From assembly GCF_006345805.1 (NCBI RefSeq), contig NC_042999.1, forward strand, positions 61,256,001-61,320,000: a stretch of 64,000 bases of DNA, in the 5' to 3' direction. Below the pieces are notes generated by a model, which was not told the origin of the DNA, ran no database searches, and worked only from the letters and a program-made list of their open reading frames with translations. Within the stretch, counting starts at the first letter, position 1, and every line of letters starts with the position of its first letter. Origin of the DNA: Octopus sinensis (Eukaryota). Below, one piece after another: positions 51,893 through 64,000 of this stretch. The translations under genes were made by a program, and so were the position numbers.

Positions 51893-53875
51893 GTTTATGA
51901 AAATATTCTGTAAGCAATTCTTCAATCTTCTTCCATTTTTATTGATAAGGTTTTTTCAAACTCTATTAACGCGTGCTTCTCCAATCCGACTATTATGAGA
52001 CTATCGCGAAGATCGAAATACTAACTTCCTGTCACAAATATAAACCGGAAATGTTCGCGGGTATTTTCATTCTTTTAAAGGAGGATGCAGCTGAAACGTT
52101 TGAGAATACGCTTCTCGTGATAGGTCAAGCCCTCATCACCTCATTCAATTTCCAAGAGGTAGTATATGCTGCCCAACCACAGTAAATTTTATGAAAGGTA
52201 AGAGTGATGAAACTAGCGATGTCAAATCGGCCCTTAATGACTATATCGTTGTATACTGGCGGCAATAACTAGGAGAAGATCCTTACATTTGATGGGTCAG
52301 CGTAACAGCGTAATCGTGAGTTTTATGTATGGAACTATAAATAATTCTGTGTGGCTGCAGCCACTACTTTGAGGATCCTTTTCTTCTATGTTTATTTTTT
52401 TTTTGTTCTTTTTAGTATACTAGTATTTATTTTATATTATTATTGATTCACTCTTTTACCCAATGTAAATCTCTCGGTGTATCTTGTTTGTTTAATCTCT
52501 GTGTATATCGTTTTTATACCATATTCGATATCCTCTACCCTTGGGCTCATAACAAATATTATTATTAACGTTGATATTGTCGTCGTCATCATCAATATAT
52601 TAATATCATCTATATCAACATCACCAATACTCGCATCACATTGAAAACAGCATTTTGAAAATTGCATGCGCAACATTCCTGTCGATAATATATGCTAATT
52701 CCTTCATAAACCTCCAGCCAAGCATAAATCCAGAAGTTTTCTGCTGGAATGTAAAGACAACATTGCAAATGAGATGTGTCATCCGGCTTAAAATTCCCTT
52801 GCGAAATGTGTTGAGAGTATATATTATTTAAGTTCTTATATATTCTGCTTTCTACTGATATACAGCGAATGCCATATTCATCGAACGGTTATTTGATCAG
52901 AAGCTGCACAGTGCTTAAAGCAAAGAGTACTTTCTCACACGCTCCACACATCGAATAATTATTAACAGCACAAGAATTTTAACAATCAAAGGCAAGTGGC
53001 TACGTTACAATGTTAAGCCAAGCAGAAACTATGCCTCGGTGACTATGACAATGCCATTTATGAATTCTTGTCAAAGGGTTTAGTGACCTTCAAAGCAATA
53101 CGATTCCTGATAAATCCTATCCAACTTTGGGTACTTATGTATGGATTTCTTCAGATTTAACAATGAACAAGAACGTAGATCAATCTCTGTTGTTATGAAT
53201 TCCGATGTTTCATGTTCTAAGACGTGGTTAGCAGTTCATAATCCAACAAGCAAGCCACAACATAATACTCAAATCGTATAAGGGTGCTGTCTGACTCAGA
53301 CTTTATATGTTGGTGCCACCAAAGCAAAGAGAGTAGGAATGTTTTGGAGTTTATGTATGATCATTTTGATTATTTTCGGATACATTAATTTCATATGGCA
53401 TTGAGCGACAGACTAAATTAAGATCAAATTCATTTATTACGTTTGCTTTCAAAGTGGTTGAATTAGTTTCACTTTATTGCCGAATGCCTCTTATCTTGTC
53501 ATTGAATTATCGATTAGCATTGCTCTTCTAAAAGATTTGCTGATCTCATATTTATTTTCATCAAACAATTTATAGTACTTACTGATTGCAACCAAGAACT
53601 GACTACGCTGACTCTGCTAATATTTCATTTTATGTTTCATGTGAAGTATATTTACTAATTAGAAATAGTAATCGCTACAGCGTGTCAGTTACTTAGATTG
53701 ATCTACGAAAGATAAACACAAAGATACATACGCGGTTAATTAATTAATTAATTAATTAATAATGCGGTACACAGCGCTCTTCGGATAATTTGAAATGCAA
53801 TGTGAGATATATCTTTCCTATAAACATATAACTTTCAACATAAAACACACTTGAATATACATATGTGTGTGTGTC

Positions 53876-53908
<33 letters not shown>

Positions 53909-53909
53909 C

Positions 53910-53940
<31 letters not shown>

Positions 53941-54221
53941 GTGTGTGTGTGTGTGTATGTGCGTATGAGTGTGTCGTATATATGCATATGTATATATATG
54001 TATATATATATATATGCATATATATATATATTTATGTATATGTATATACATACATATATGTATTTATATATATATATGTATGTATGTATATATATATGTG
54101 TGTGTATATATATGTATATATATATAGAAATAGATATATGTATATGTATGTATTATTATAATTAGTTGGGAATATTACTTCCAAGAACACAGGAAAAAGA
54201 CATTCAAATTAGATGTAATTA

Positions 54222-54273
<52 letters not shown>

Positions 54274-54338
54274 ATGGATATAATATACACACATGCACAC
54301 ATCTACATACATACATATATATATATACACACACACAC

Positions 54339-54369
<31 letters not shown>

Positions 54370-54801
54370 CTGATATATATATGTGTGTCGCTATATATTA
54401 TGTGTACATGCACCTACATATATCAATACACTTGTGAGTTTATCGAAAAGTTATATCATTCAAGATATTTCAAGTTATCAGTATATGTACTATAATGTAA
54501 TTAATTACGCATGTTGTCAGCGCATGTGCTGTTATTCAAATAGGCGTGACCTGTTTAGAAGAGACCACTTTCCTTCACAGTATACATAATTATAAGTTAC
54601 TAATATATCTGAGAATACAAAGAGATGGTATTTTATACAGATGAATGTCTAAGAAAACTAAATCCGAATCAGATGTATCCCCCACGCTTCTGCTCACAAG
54701 GAAAATAATCTCTCCTGTGGCATAACAGGTTTGTTTTCTTTACATAGTGATGTCAAATTTTCATGTGCCAGGAGAGCTACATGCCGTTTATACGTACATA
54801 A

Positions 54802-54849
<48 letters not shown>

Positions 54850-54863
54850 ACAATCACACACAT

Positions 54864-54908
<45 letters not shown>

Positions 54909-54912
54909 ATAT

Positions 54913-55129
54913 ATTACGTTATATAATTAGGGTTCAGTAAAATAATTTACTTAACCACACACCGAACTTTTAGAAATAGCAGCCAAAAAATTTTAGCTAT
55001 TTCCTCTACTATAAGAAAATACTTTTCTTACAGTAGAGGAAATAGCTGAAATTTTTGGGCTGCTATTTCTAAAAGTTCGGTGTGTGGTAAAGTAAATTAT
55101 TTTACTGAACCCTAATTATATAACGTAAT
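54913..55129. repeat. 217-bp near-perfect palindrome (foldback/MITE-like)
   Basis: 107-bp arms, 3-nt centre TAC at 55020-55022, about 4 mismatches. Confidence 0.95.
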
Positions 55130-55223
55130 GTTTAAAATATACCGTAAATGGTATTTTTACATACTGAACACTACTTGGTAAAATTGATAATTAATAATTA
55201 ATTAATTTTACCCTTTTATTATT

Positions 55224-55269
<46 letters not shown>

Positions 55270-55294
55270 ACATATATATGTGAGTGTGTATATA

Positions 55295-55344
<50 letters not shown>

Positions 55345-55361
55345 ACATATATATGTGAGTG

Positions 55362-55399
<38 letters not shown>

Positions 55400-55565
55400 A
55401 TAACATAGATGAGTATATGAATGCAAGTGAGCTGTGTAAAGAGCATGATGGATAAATATATTTGAAAAGTTATCTTTTGAAACACCTTATCAATTACATG
55501 CATTAATATTATTTTAAATAGCGCATTATAGTGCCTATATTATTCTCTCTATCTCACACACGCAG

Positions 55566-55612
<47 letters not shown>

Positions 55613-55871
55613 AATACATGTTCACATATATACATATGTATATATATATATATGTTTGTATATATACTATATATACATATATATATGTATATATACTATA
55701 TATACATATATATATGTATATATACTATATATACATATGTATCTATATATATATACAATATATATGCATATGTAAATACATATTGCATTACTTTATGTCT
55801 GTGTGAATTTGGTCGGTGTATGTGTCAATGTGTTTATGCTTATATATGTATATATATATATATATATATAG

Positions 55872-55905
<34 letters not shown>

Positions 55906-57297
55906 ATTTGTATATATATATGTATATATATATGTATATATATATATATATATATATACATATATGCATGCGCATATTCTTATTGAACGTTAACCATATA
56001 AAATTATATATGTAATGTAAAAACCTTGGCGGGGTGAGGAACATTGTAAACGTTAATGTTTCTCCGAGAAATATTGATTTGAGACAGACATTATCCTAAA
56101 TGGCTCTTTCATTAGCGGTTGGCCAGCTAAAAGATGATTTGTCTTCTTGGCTGGCTGCCAAAGTAATATGAATCAAATCAACAAGAGTAAATCATCATAA
56201 TCATCACTGCCATCACCATCATCATCATCAGCAGCAGCAGCAACACCACCAGCATCAAATTTACGAAGACCACTACTGCTCCTTCTATAATTCCTCCACC
56301 CTCCACTTTCCTGCTAATCATCTCAAGGTGTCAAGAGGGCAAAAGAAAATTTCTTCGTTATTTCAATATTAATTGGATATAGATATGACAGTTGAACGGT
56401 GTCCATAGAATTTGGTCATATTTCCTAACAGTCGTAGAGGGCTTGCGACAAATGGTGAAAGGCCAGATTGTTATTTAAAAATTTATGGTTGAAACATGTG
56501 AATATTTGGGTGGTGGACGAGGAAACATTATTTAGGTCTACGAGTCAAAGAATACGACCCATGGAGACGATCAATATTGGATATGTCTCAGAGAAAGATA
56601 TATGATAATTTGTGAATGGATAAATCTTTACTATAGAGAGATTAGAATTGTCATTGGCCTTTTTTCTGTTTAGCCTTTGATCAACCCCTATTAATTAAAC
56701 CTACAATATAAGGCGTTCCAGCCATGGCACTTCGATTATTTATGCCATTTTTCTAGGCTTCTGTCTACGTTATTCTTAGATGTCATACTTTGCAAGACGG
56801 GAGTTTTGGTATAAGGGAGCCTTTGCTGCAAAATCTAGGACATCCCGAAGACAAGGGAGCATTCGCCTTCCTAATGAAAACCACTGAAAGTACTTACCGT
56901 TCCCGTTTGGCTTTTGTCCTCAACCTATAAACATTTCACACCATCGTAAGAGATATTGATAAAAGATCTCTAACTAATGTTCTGAAAACGTAGAAATTCT
57001 CCATGTACTTCATCTTGGAATAGTTCATGCATGCATGTGTGTTTGTCTTGTGTGCCTGTATGTGTGTGTTAGGAAGCAGATGCAAACAGAAGGCAAGATG
57101 GTTGGGGGAAGGAACAAGTTTTCAAAAATGGTTTGTTCGTTTAACGCTTTAAAATATGGCAGTGAGTCTTGACGCTTCACAGGTATTTCGTCAGAAAAAA
57201 TAAAAGTTTGAGAAAAGAATGAGAAAAAGGCAGTTGGAAAATAAATAGTTAGGAGGCCTGGTAAGAATGCGGCTATATAGACAGATAGATACAGATG

Positions 57298-57365
57298 CGT
57301 GTATGTATGTATGTATGTATGTATGTATGTATGTATGTATGTATGTATGTATGTATGTATGTATG

Positions 57366-57400
<35 letters not shown>

Positions 57401-57401
57401 G

Positions 57402-57452
<51 letters not shown>

Positions 57453-57620
57453 GTAGGTAGATAGATAGATATGTAGGTAGGTAGGTAGGTCGGTAGGAAG
57501 ATAGGTACGTAGGTAGATAGATAGATATATACCTACCTACATACACACATACATACACACATACATACATACATACATACATACATACATACATACATAC
57601 ATACATACATACATACACAT
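57298..57620. repeat. Compound (GTAT)(TAGA)(TAGG)(ACAT) tetranucleotide tract
   Basis: Direct reading. Confidence 0.95.
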
Positions 57621-58465
57621 TTTGTGAATCTCAAGAGAGGAATATTTCTTAAATTCAATTCGTGATTAATCAAAGATGCCGGGCTTTTACCCGTTCAAAT
57701 GGAATGATATGTATTTTCGTATTTATTTCTTGCTTTCAAACAAAATTTCAGTTTCCGTGACATAAAATCAAGATTACTAAATTGTTCGTATCATAAATTT
57801 ATGAGGTTAATTACTCAGAGAGGACATCATCATAGGATAGAATAATCAAATTATTAAAGCCAACACATTTCATGCTGAATCTGTGCATTAAAAATTAAAT
57901 TAGAAATACGAATGCGTTGAGGAAAATATTATAATAGCTCAGTTTAATTTCATTTTAATAACATTGGTGTTATCCTATCAGAAATGTTTCCTTGTACTTG
58001 CCAAAATGATTAAAATAATATAAGCCATTGAGCTAATGTTATCGTTTTCTCAATGTATAATTATTTCTGATTAGTTTTCCAATGGATAGTATATTAAATA
58101 TGTTAACACTAATTTAAGTATTCGTATGATGGACTATGAATCATTTCTCCATGGCAAATAATACAAATGACTACACAACCAATCATGAAAATAACCATTA
58201 TGAAATTGAATTATCTATGCCTAAACAGAGAACCACGTAAAACTACTGTGCGCTAAAAATAAAGCCTTAATGTGGACGCTACACGTATTTGATATAGCAA
58301 TAAAATCTCACTCATATCGCAACTAAATATTTAATAAAAAAGAAAAGGAAACAGGAAAAATTCGAGCAGTATCAGCGAAATTTCACTACAAGCGCGCCCT
58401 GCTGTTTCATAAATTAAAAGATATTGAATAATAATAATAATAATAATAATGATAATAATAATAAT

Positions 58466-58972
58466 GTGGAAGTGTCATCATCTACATTGTTTTGTCTTGG
58501 TATAAAAGATAGACTACAGCAAATATTCTGTTCAATACCACAGATTAGCTTGTCAGTTGTTTGACCATAACCAGTTGAGCATGTCCCTTAGTGGCTGACG
58601 ATGTGTGCATCTCTGACCATGAGCAGAAGTAGTGGAGGAGCATCATAGCCATGTGTCAAGAGGAATTCTTTGGGGTTTGAATAATTCACCTTTGGAAACA
58701 TGGGTTTCGTTCAACATCCTTAAACAACCCTTATTCAGGGACCTTTTGAGCAGGATGGGTTTACTCGACCAGAAGAAAATTCTAACTGGGCCTCACCTGA
58801 AAGGTCATGTACTGTTTATCTTGATATGAGATCACCATGTCGGGCACACATGGTTGTGATGCATGTGCCTGGTGCACCCTTATCAGGCGGGTAGTCATGA
58901 TGGGTATACTGGGCTTCGTATATTCTACCCCAGTGTCACTTTGTTGGCATGCACTGCTCTCCTCTCTCACCC
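58466..58972 (+). mobile_element. Unclassified repeat family F, flanked by (AAT)n on both sides
   Basis: Homologous to 44409-44880; AAT runs at 58427-58465 and 58973-59068. Confidence 0.85.
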
Positions 58973-58988
58973 AATAATAATAATAATG

Positions 58989-59068
<80 letters not shown>

Positions 59069-59070
<2 letters not shown>

Positions 59071-59250
59071 GCTGGAAACACTCCTACAGGGAGTACATGG
59101 ATTTACCAAAGAAATAGATATGGAATTTGGATTAGAAAAATTACGTGCCAAAGAGGAAAACTAGTTAAGAGTAGCAACATCACACTAGATAAGGCGAATG
59201 AAATAAGAGAATTGAACCAAAGCCATACATACAAACATTTAGGGATCAAT
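59069..59250 (+). mobile_element. R4/Dong-type RT fragment starting at an AAT run
   Basis: LETLLQGVHGFTKEIDMEFGLEK, then KLVKSSNITL..YKHLGI. This parallels the FSKDVELDFG..KRGK..YRYLG stretch of the 9-kb element. Confidence 0.8.
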
Positions 59251-59510
59251 GGACTAAATATGAGCCTGGTAGGTGTAAAAGACTAACTGGCATCTGGTAC
59301 TCACCAAGAGTACAGGCGACAGTAAGATCGCTGCACTTTGTTGTGCACTCTGCTGTCGTTATTTGATTGCTGTTATTATGTGTGGCAGTTGTGTTTTGCA
59401 GGGTTACCTTATTTTTACCCTTAACTTAGAATTGGAGAAAGAGAGTGCTGAATATTTAAAAAATGAGCTATGTGGGGCTAGATATAAAGAGGGAGAATGA
59501 GAAATTCTTC

Positions 59511-59880
59511 AGGCGCAGGCGTGATTGTGGACTAAGAAGCTTACTTCCCAACCACATAGTTGCGGATTCAGTTCCACTGCGTCGCACCTGGGGCAGTTTC
59601 CTCCTACTTTAGCCTCGGGCCGACCCAAGCCTTGTGAGTGGATTTCGTTGAGAAACTGATAGAGCCCCGTTGTGTGTGTGTGTGTGTGCGCGCGCGCGCG
59701 TTGGTGTGTGTGTGTGCGTCTTTCTGTCAGTGTTAGTCCGCAAAAGAAACAAAGATAAGTGCAAGGCTTAACAAAATAAGTTCTGGGGTCGATGCATTCC
59801 ACTAAAACATCTTCAAGGCGGTCGGCCAGCATAGCTGCAGTCTAATGACTTAAATAATTGGTAGATAAAAGGTAAAAGAT
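59511..59880 (+). mobile_element. SINE family B (older copy)
   Basis: Head, CORE-like segment, TG tract and degenerate tail. Confidence 0.85.
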
Positions 59881-59983
59881 ATACAGGGCTACGACCTATC
59901 TAGTCACTCTTTCTCAAAGCATTAATGTATTTTATACAGAGACAATGTGTTCAAATATAGAGGTGTTATATCTTTCGGGTGTC

Positions 59984-60286
59984 GAGACACATTGCCTAGT
60001 GGTTAGAGCAGCGGACTCGCGGTCGAGGGATCGCGGATCGATTCTCAGACCGGGCGATGTGTGTGTTTATGAACGAAACACCTGAGCTCCACGAGACTCC
60101 GGCAGAAGGTAATGGCGAACTTCTGCTGACTCTTTCGCCACAACTTTCTCTCACTCTTTCCTCCTGCATCTTGCAGCTCACCTGCGACGGACCGGCGTCC
60201 CGTCCAGGTGAGGAACCTATACGCCAAGGAAACCGGGAAACCGGCCCTATGAGCCAGGCGTGGCTCGAGAAGAAACAAACAACAAC
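59984..60286 (+). mobile_element. SINE family C
   Basis: tRNA-like head with TCG in the anticodon-like position; homologous to 22278-22578. Confidence 0.9.
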
Positions 60287-60513
60287 ATATCTTTCTGGTA
60301 CAGTGTTGAATAAAAGTTATGGATATGGGCTATAGTTCAGACATTTGATGCGCACCGGTAATGTACGAACTTAGATGGATACCAGGCTACCTTTATAATG
60401 TGCTAATCCGTTTATATGATTTATTGAAATATTTGATAATACAGGGTTCGTAAGAAGTCACTTTGAAAACCATTAAACGGATATTCAATCGATAATGTAT
60501 GCCAACTGTCCAT

Positions 60514-60896
60514 AGGCGTAGGAGTGGCTATGTTGTAAGTAGCTTGCTTACCAACCACATGGGTCCGGATTCAGTCCCACTGAGCAAGCGTTTTCTACTA
60601 TAGCCTCCGGCCGACCAATGTCTTGTGAGTGGATTTGGTAGACGGAAACTGAAAGAAGCCCGTCGTATATATGTATGTGTGTGTATATGCTTATGTGTTT
60701 GTGTTTGTCCCTTCAACATGGCTTGACAACCGATGCTGGTGTGTTTCGGTGCCCGTAACTTAGCGGTTCGGCAAAAGAGACCGATAGAATAAGGCTTACA
60801 AAGTATAAGTCCTGGGGTCAATTTGCTTGACTAAAGGCGGTGCTCCAGCATGGCCACAGTCAAATGACTGAAACAAGTAAAAGAGTAAAGAGAGAG
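60514..60896 (+). mobile_element. SINE family B
   Basis: Full copy. Confidence 0.92.
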
Positions 60897-60978
60897 TCCA
60901 GCAGATTTCTACCATTTCTGGACAGTGACCTAATTTATGTAAAGAAAATTTGTGAGTAATACATATGCGTGCGTGCGT

Positions 60979-61034
<56 letters not shown>

Positions 61035-61097
61035 GTGTGTGCGTGCATGCGTATGTGTGTGTGTATGTGTGTGTGTGCGTGTGTGTATGTATGTACT

Positions 61098-61307
61098 GCA
61101 ACTCACTGAGCTGAAAAAAAAATGAGGATTGCCTGTATTTCAAGGGGCCAGCCCTGTCACATTCTGTGACGCTGAATCTCCCCGAGAACTACGTTAATGA
61201 TACGCGTGACTGTGGAATGGTCATCATCTTGCACTTTAATTTCACGAGCAGACTGTCCCATCGATTGGATCAACCGCAAGCCTCGTCATCGTAATCGACG
61301 GAGTGGC
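61098..61307 (+). mobile_element. SINE family D 3' half
   Basis: Homologous to 17750-17956. Confidence 0.75.
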
Positions 61308-61342
61308 AGTTATTGCAACGACTTTTGGTATCTATCGATATA

Positions 61343-61577
61343 TATTTCTTTACTACCCACAACAGGCTAAACACAGGGGGGACAAACAAGGACAGACAAA
61401 GGGATTAAGTCGATTACATCGACCCCAGTACTTAACTGGTACTTAATTTATCGACCATGAAAGTATGAAAGGCAAAGTCGACCTCGGCGGAATTTGGACT
61501 CGGAACGTAACGACAGAAGAAATACGACTACGCATTTCGCCCGGCGTGCTAATATTTTTGCCAGCTTTCCACCTTCA
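61343..61577 (-). mobile_element. SINE family A
   Basis: 19-bp TSD TTTGGTATCTAT(C/G)GATATA at 61324-61342 and 61578-61596. Confidence 0.92.
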
Positions 61578-62120
61578 TTTGGTATCTATGGATATAGTGA
61601 CACTAAACTATGTCTGACATTCACAGATTTAAACTAGGTGTCTTTGTCATATACAGATTACGATTAATCATAAACCTGCATGGTCAGGATGACCAGGGGG
61701 CCGAACTACAAAAGAGACTGCCAACAAATAAATATATATATATATTTCATAATATACGCAATATACTTGCATGAATCTAATTTGGCATCAAATACGAAGT
61801 GTCTGAAACAGCCAGACCGTCTATATTACGAAACATTCTTGGCGAATTTTAAGCTGTTAATCTTTATTGTATCTGATGCTAACTTAATGTGTTCAGCGAC
61901 AGAATATATGTACTAATATATAGATAGTCGTGACATTGAATATATAAAAGAAAGGCTGATGGCAATGTAAGTTCAAAACTTGTATTCTCTGTTCTAAATT
62001 TTACAAGTGTCTTTGATGTACAGTCACAAGTCTGTGCACGCATGCGCCCATATCAGTACGTTTGCTTGTATATGCATAAGCTATAATTTAAATATCCAGA
62101 GAGATTTTGTTGGTTGAATA

Positions 62121-62529
62121 TTCTTTTACTGTTTTACTCCTTTAATTGTTCCAGTCATTTGACGGCGGCCATGCTGGAGCACCGCCTTTAGTCGAGCAAA
62201 CGCCCCTTTGTAAGCCTAGTACTTATTCTATCGGTCATATTTGCCGAACCGCTAGGTTACGGGAACGTAAACACACCAGCGTCGGTTGTCAAGCGATGTT
62301 GGGTGGGAGGCAAACACAGACACACAGACATATACACACACATACATATATACTTATAAATATAACGACGGGCTTCTTTCAGTTTCCGTCCACCAAATCC
62401 ACTCACAAGGCTTTGGTCGGCCCGAGGCTATAGTAGAAGACACTTGCTCAAGGTGCCACGCAGTTGGACTGAACCCGGAACCATATGGCTGGAAGGCAAG
62501 CTAATTACCACTCAGCCACTCCTGTGCCT
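62121..62529 (-). mobile_element. SINE family B
   Basis: Full reverse copy. Confidence 0.92.
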
Positions 62530-62926
62530 TAACTATAAATAAGTTAAAAGGTTTCCTTAAAGCTTTTAATAATCCAACATTTCGGGCGTAAAATATCTTT
62601 TGAATAGAAAATACTGCTTTGAGGAGAATAATAGAAAAATGACTAAATTTCTGATGCAGGTTCAACTCTGTCTATATAGGTATGGAACTGCCATAAACTT
62701 AGGATTTTATCCATCTCCTTCAATGAAAATAAGTATTCTCCCTCGAAAGAACGGATTATTGAATGTTTTATTATAAGTGTTCATTGAAGCATGTCTATAT
62801 TCAGTCCTCATACAATGCCGTTGGTGACTAATAACTCACCAATTTCCTTTATATTACGTGCACTGCTACGAAGAATCAACGCAAGCATACGCAGACACGT
62901 TCACGTATACATATATATGAGCGTAC

Positions 62927-62968
<42 letters not shown>

Positions 62969-63030
62969 GTGTGTATGAGTGTGTGTATGTCTGTGTGTGT
63001 GTATGTGTGTGTGTGTTTGTGTGCGTCGGT

Positions 63031-63082
<52 letters not shown>

Positions 63083-63106
63083 TATATATATATATATGTG
63101 GTGTGT

Positions 63107-63149
<43 letters not shown>

Positions 63150-64000
63150 GTAAAATATAGAACAGAAGACAAAAGGAACGGGTAAAAATTTGCTTAAGAC
63201 ATTAAAACCTAGATCCTGTCTTCAAAAATTGATCACCAGGTTTTTGGAACTGAACAAGTAGTTTTGAATACGGCTAACCGAACTGCTATGTCACGTGCGC
63301 CTTTCTGTTACCTAAACATACAGATGTAATTTTATTTATTTTACATACTTTTAAATTTCTGGGTTGAAAGAAAATATTAGAAAACACTTAACATTTTAAG
63401 TATACCAACGTGACATACGAAGTAGTCAACAACTGTAGGTAAGACGATACGATGAATATCGAATAGTGTTAAAAATTCAACGCAGAAAATACTGTCCAAA
63501 TGGAAATGTCTAGAACAAAGAAACTCAGGAAATGTTGTAACAGGTGTAACAGAGGCAGGCCAAATTTCACTTGGTTAATGGCATTTCAAGTTGACTTGAA
63601 TACAGTCGACATTATGCGGAATGGATGAGCGAAAATGGTAGCCGACCTAACCTGGTGTTGGAGCTTGCTGTTCAATGCACTGAGCAGTCTAGGAGGATTT
63701 AAATCTAATAGCTAAGCCTGCAACATCTATTATCTGTCTAAATTGATAGAAGAAACAACAGGAAAGGATTCCAAATACGTCTATATGACAGAATTGCAAC
63801 TTAGGAATCTAAAAAATGATTTCAAGCTCCTTAAAATAAAGCGAATTTTCGTTAGCTAAGATTTTTTGAAGAGAATAAGAGAAAAATGATAGATCTGTGA
63901 TACATCTGTGATACCTCTGTGATACATCTGGCCATTGTTGTTAAAGATCTTCCAGGGGTATTCGGATGTTTCGAGTCTTTCGAAAGTCGGACCCTCAACC

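Noticed and set aside
56440-56620. VVDEETLFRS resembling a piggyBac catalytic motif
   Set aside because: A single weak motif, with no TTAA/CCC ends or further homology.
59984-60055. Possible tRNA-Arg gene (likewise the heads at 17641, 18116, 22578 and 43110)
   Set aside because: No complete acceptor stem, and each head runs into a repeat body; these are SINE heads.
63590-63720. MVADLTWCWSL resembling a transposase C-terminal motif
   Set aside because: Too degenerate, and no termini are visible before the window ends.

Overview
AT-rich, microsatellite-saturated animal genomic DNA. The repeat content strongly suggests an octopus or related cephalopod (inference from the tRNA-SINE types and the TA/CA/AAT tract load). 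No host protein-coding exon, rRNA, true tRNA gene or CRISPR array can be supported, so this is a gene desert or giant intron. Autonomous-type elements, all defective: mariner/Tc1 copies of several subfamilies (including a DD37D), a hATm-like element, a CR1-group LINE, R4/Dong-type RLE retrotransposon pieces, an RTE remnant and three Penelope-like elements. Non-autonomous elements: about 30 tRNA-derived SINE copies in at least five families, two Helentron-type HINEs, MITE-like elements and a non-coding element found only in AAT repeats. Most provided ORFs are microsatellite artefacts. Strongest observations: (1) a LINE and a SINE share a 3' tail whose stem-loop shows compensatory changes; (2) a TSD-bounded Penelope insert combines a tRNA-like Pol III head with a minimal hammerhead-ribozyme motif; (3) a 34-bp minisatellite is derived from an internal SINE segment; (4) SINE multimers reuse one junction at three loci; (5) AAT microsatellites appear to serve as landing pads for Dong-like elements.
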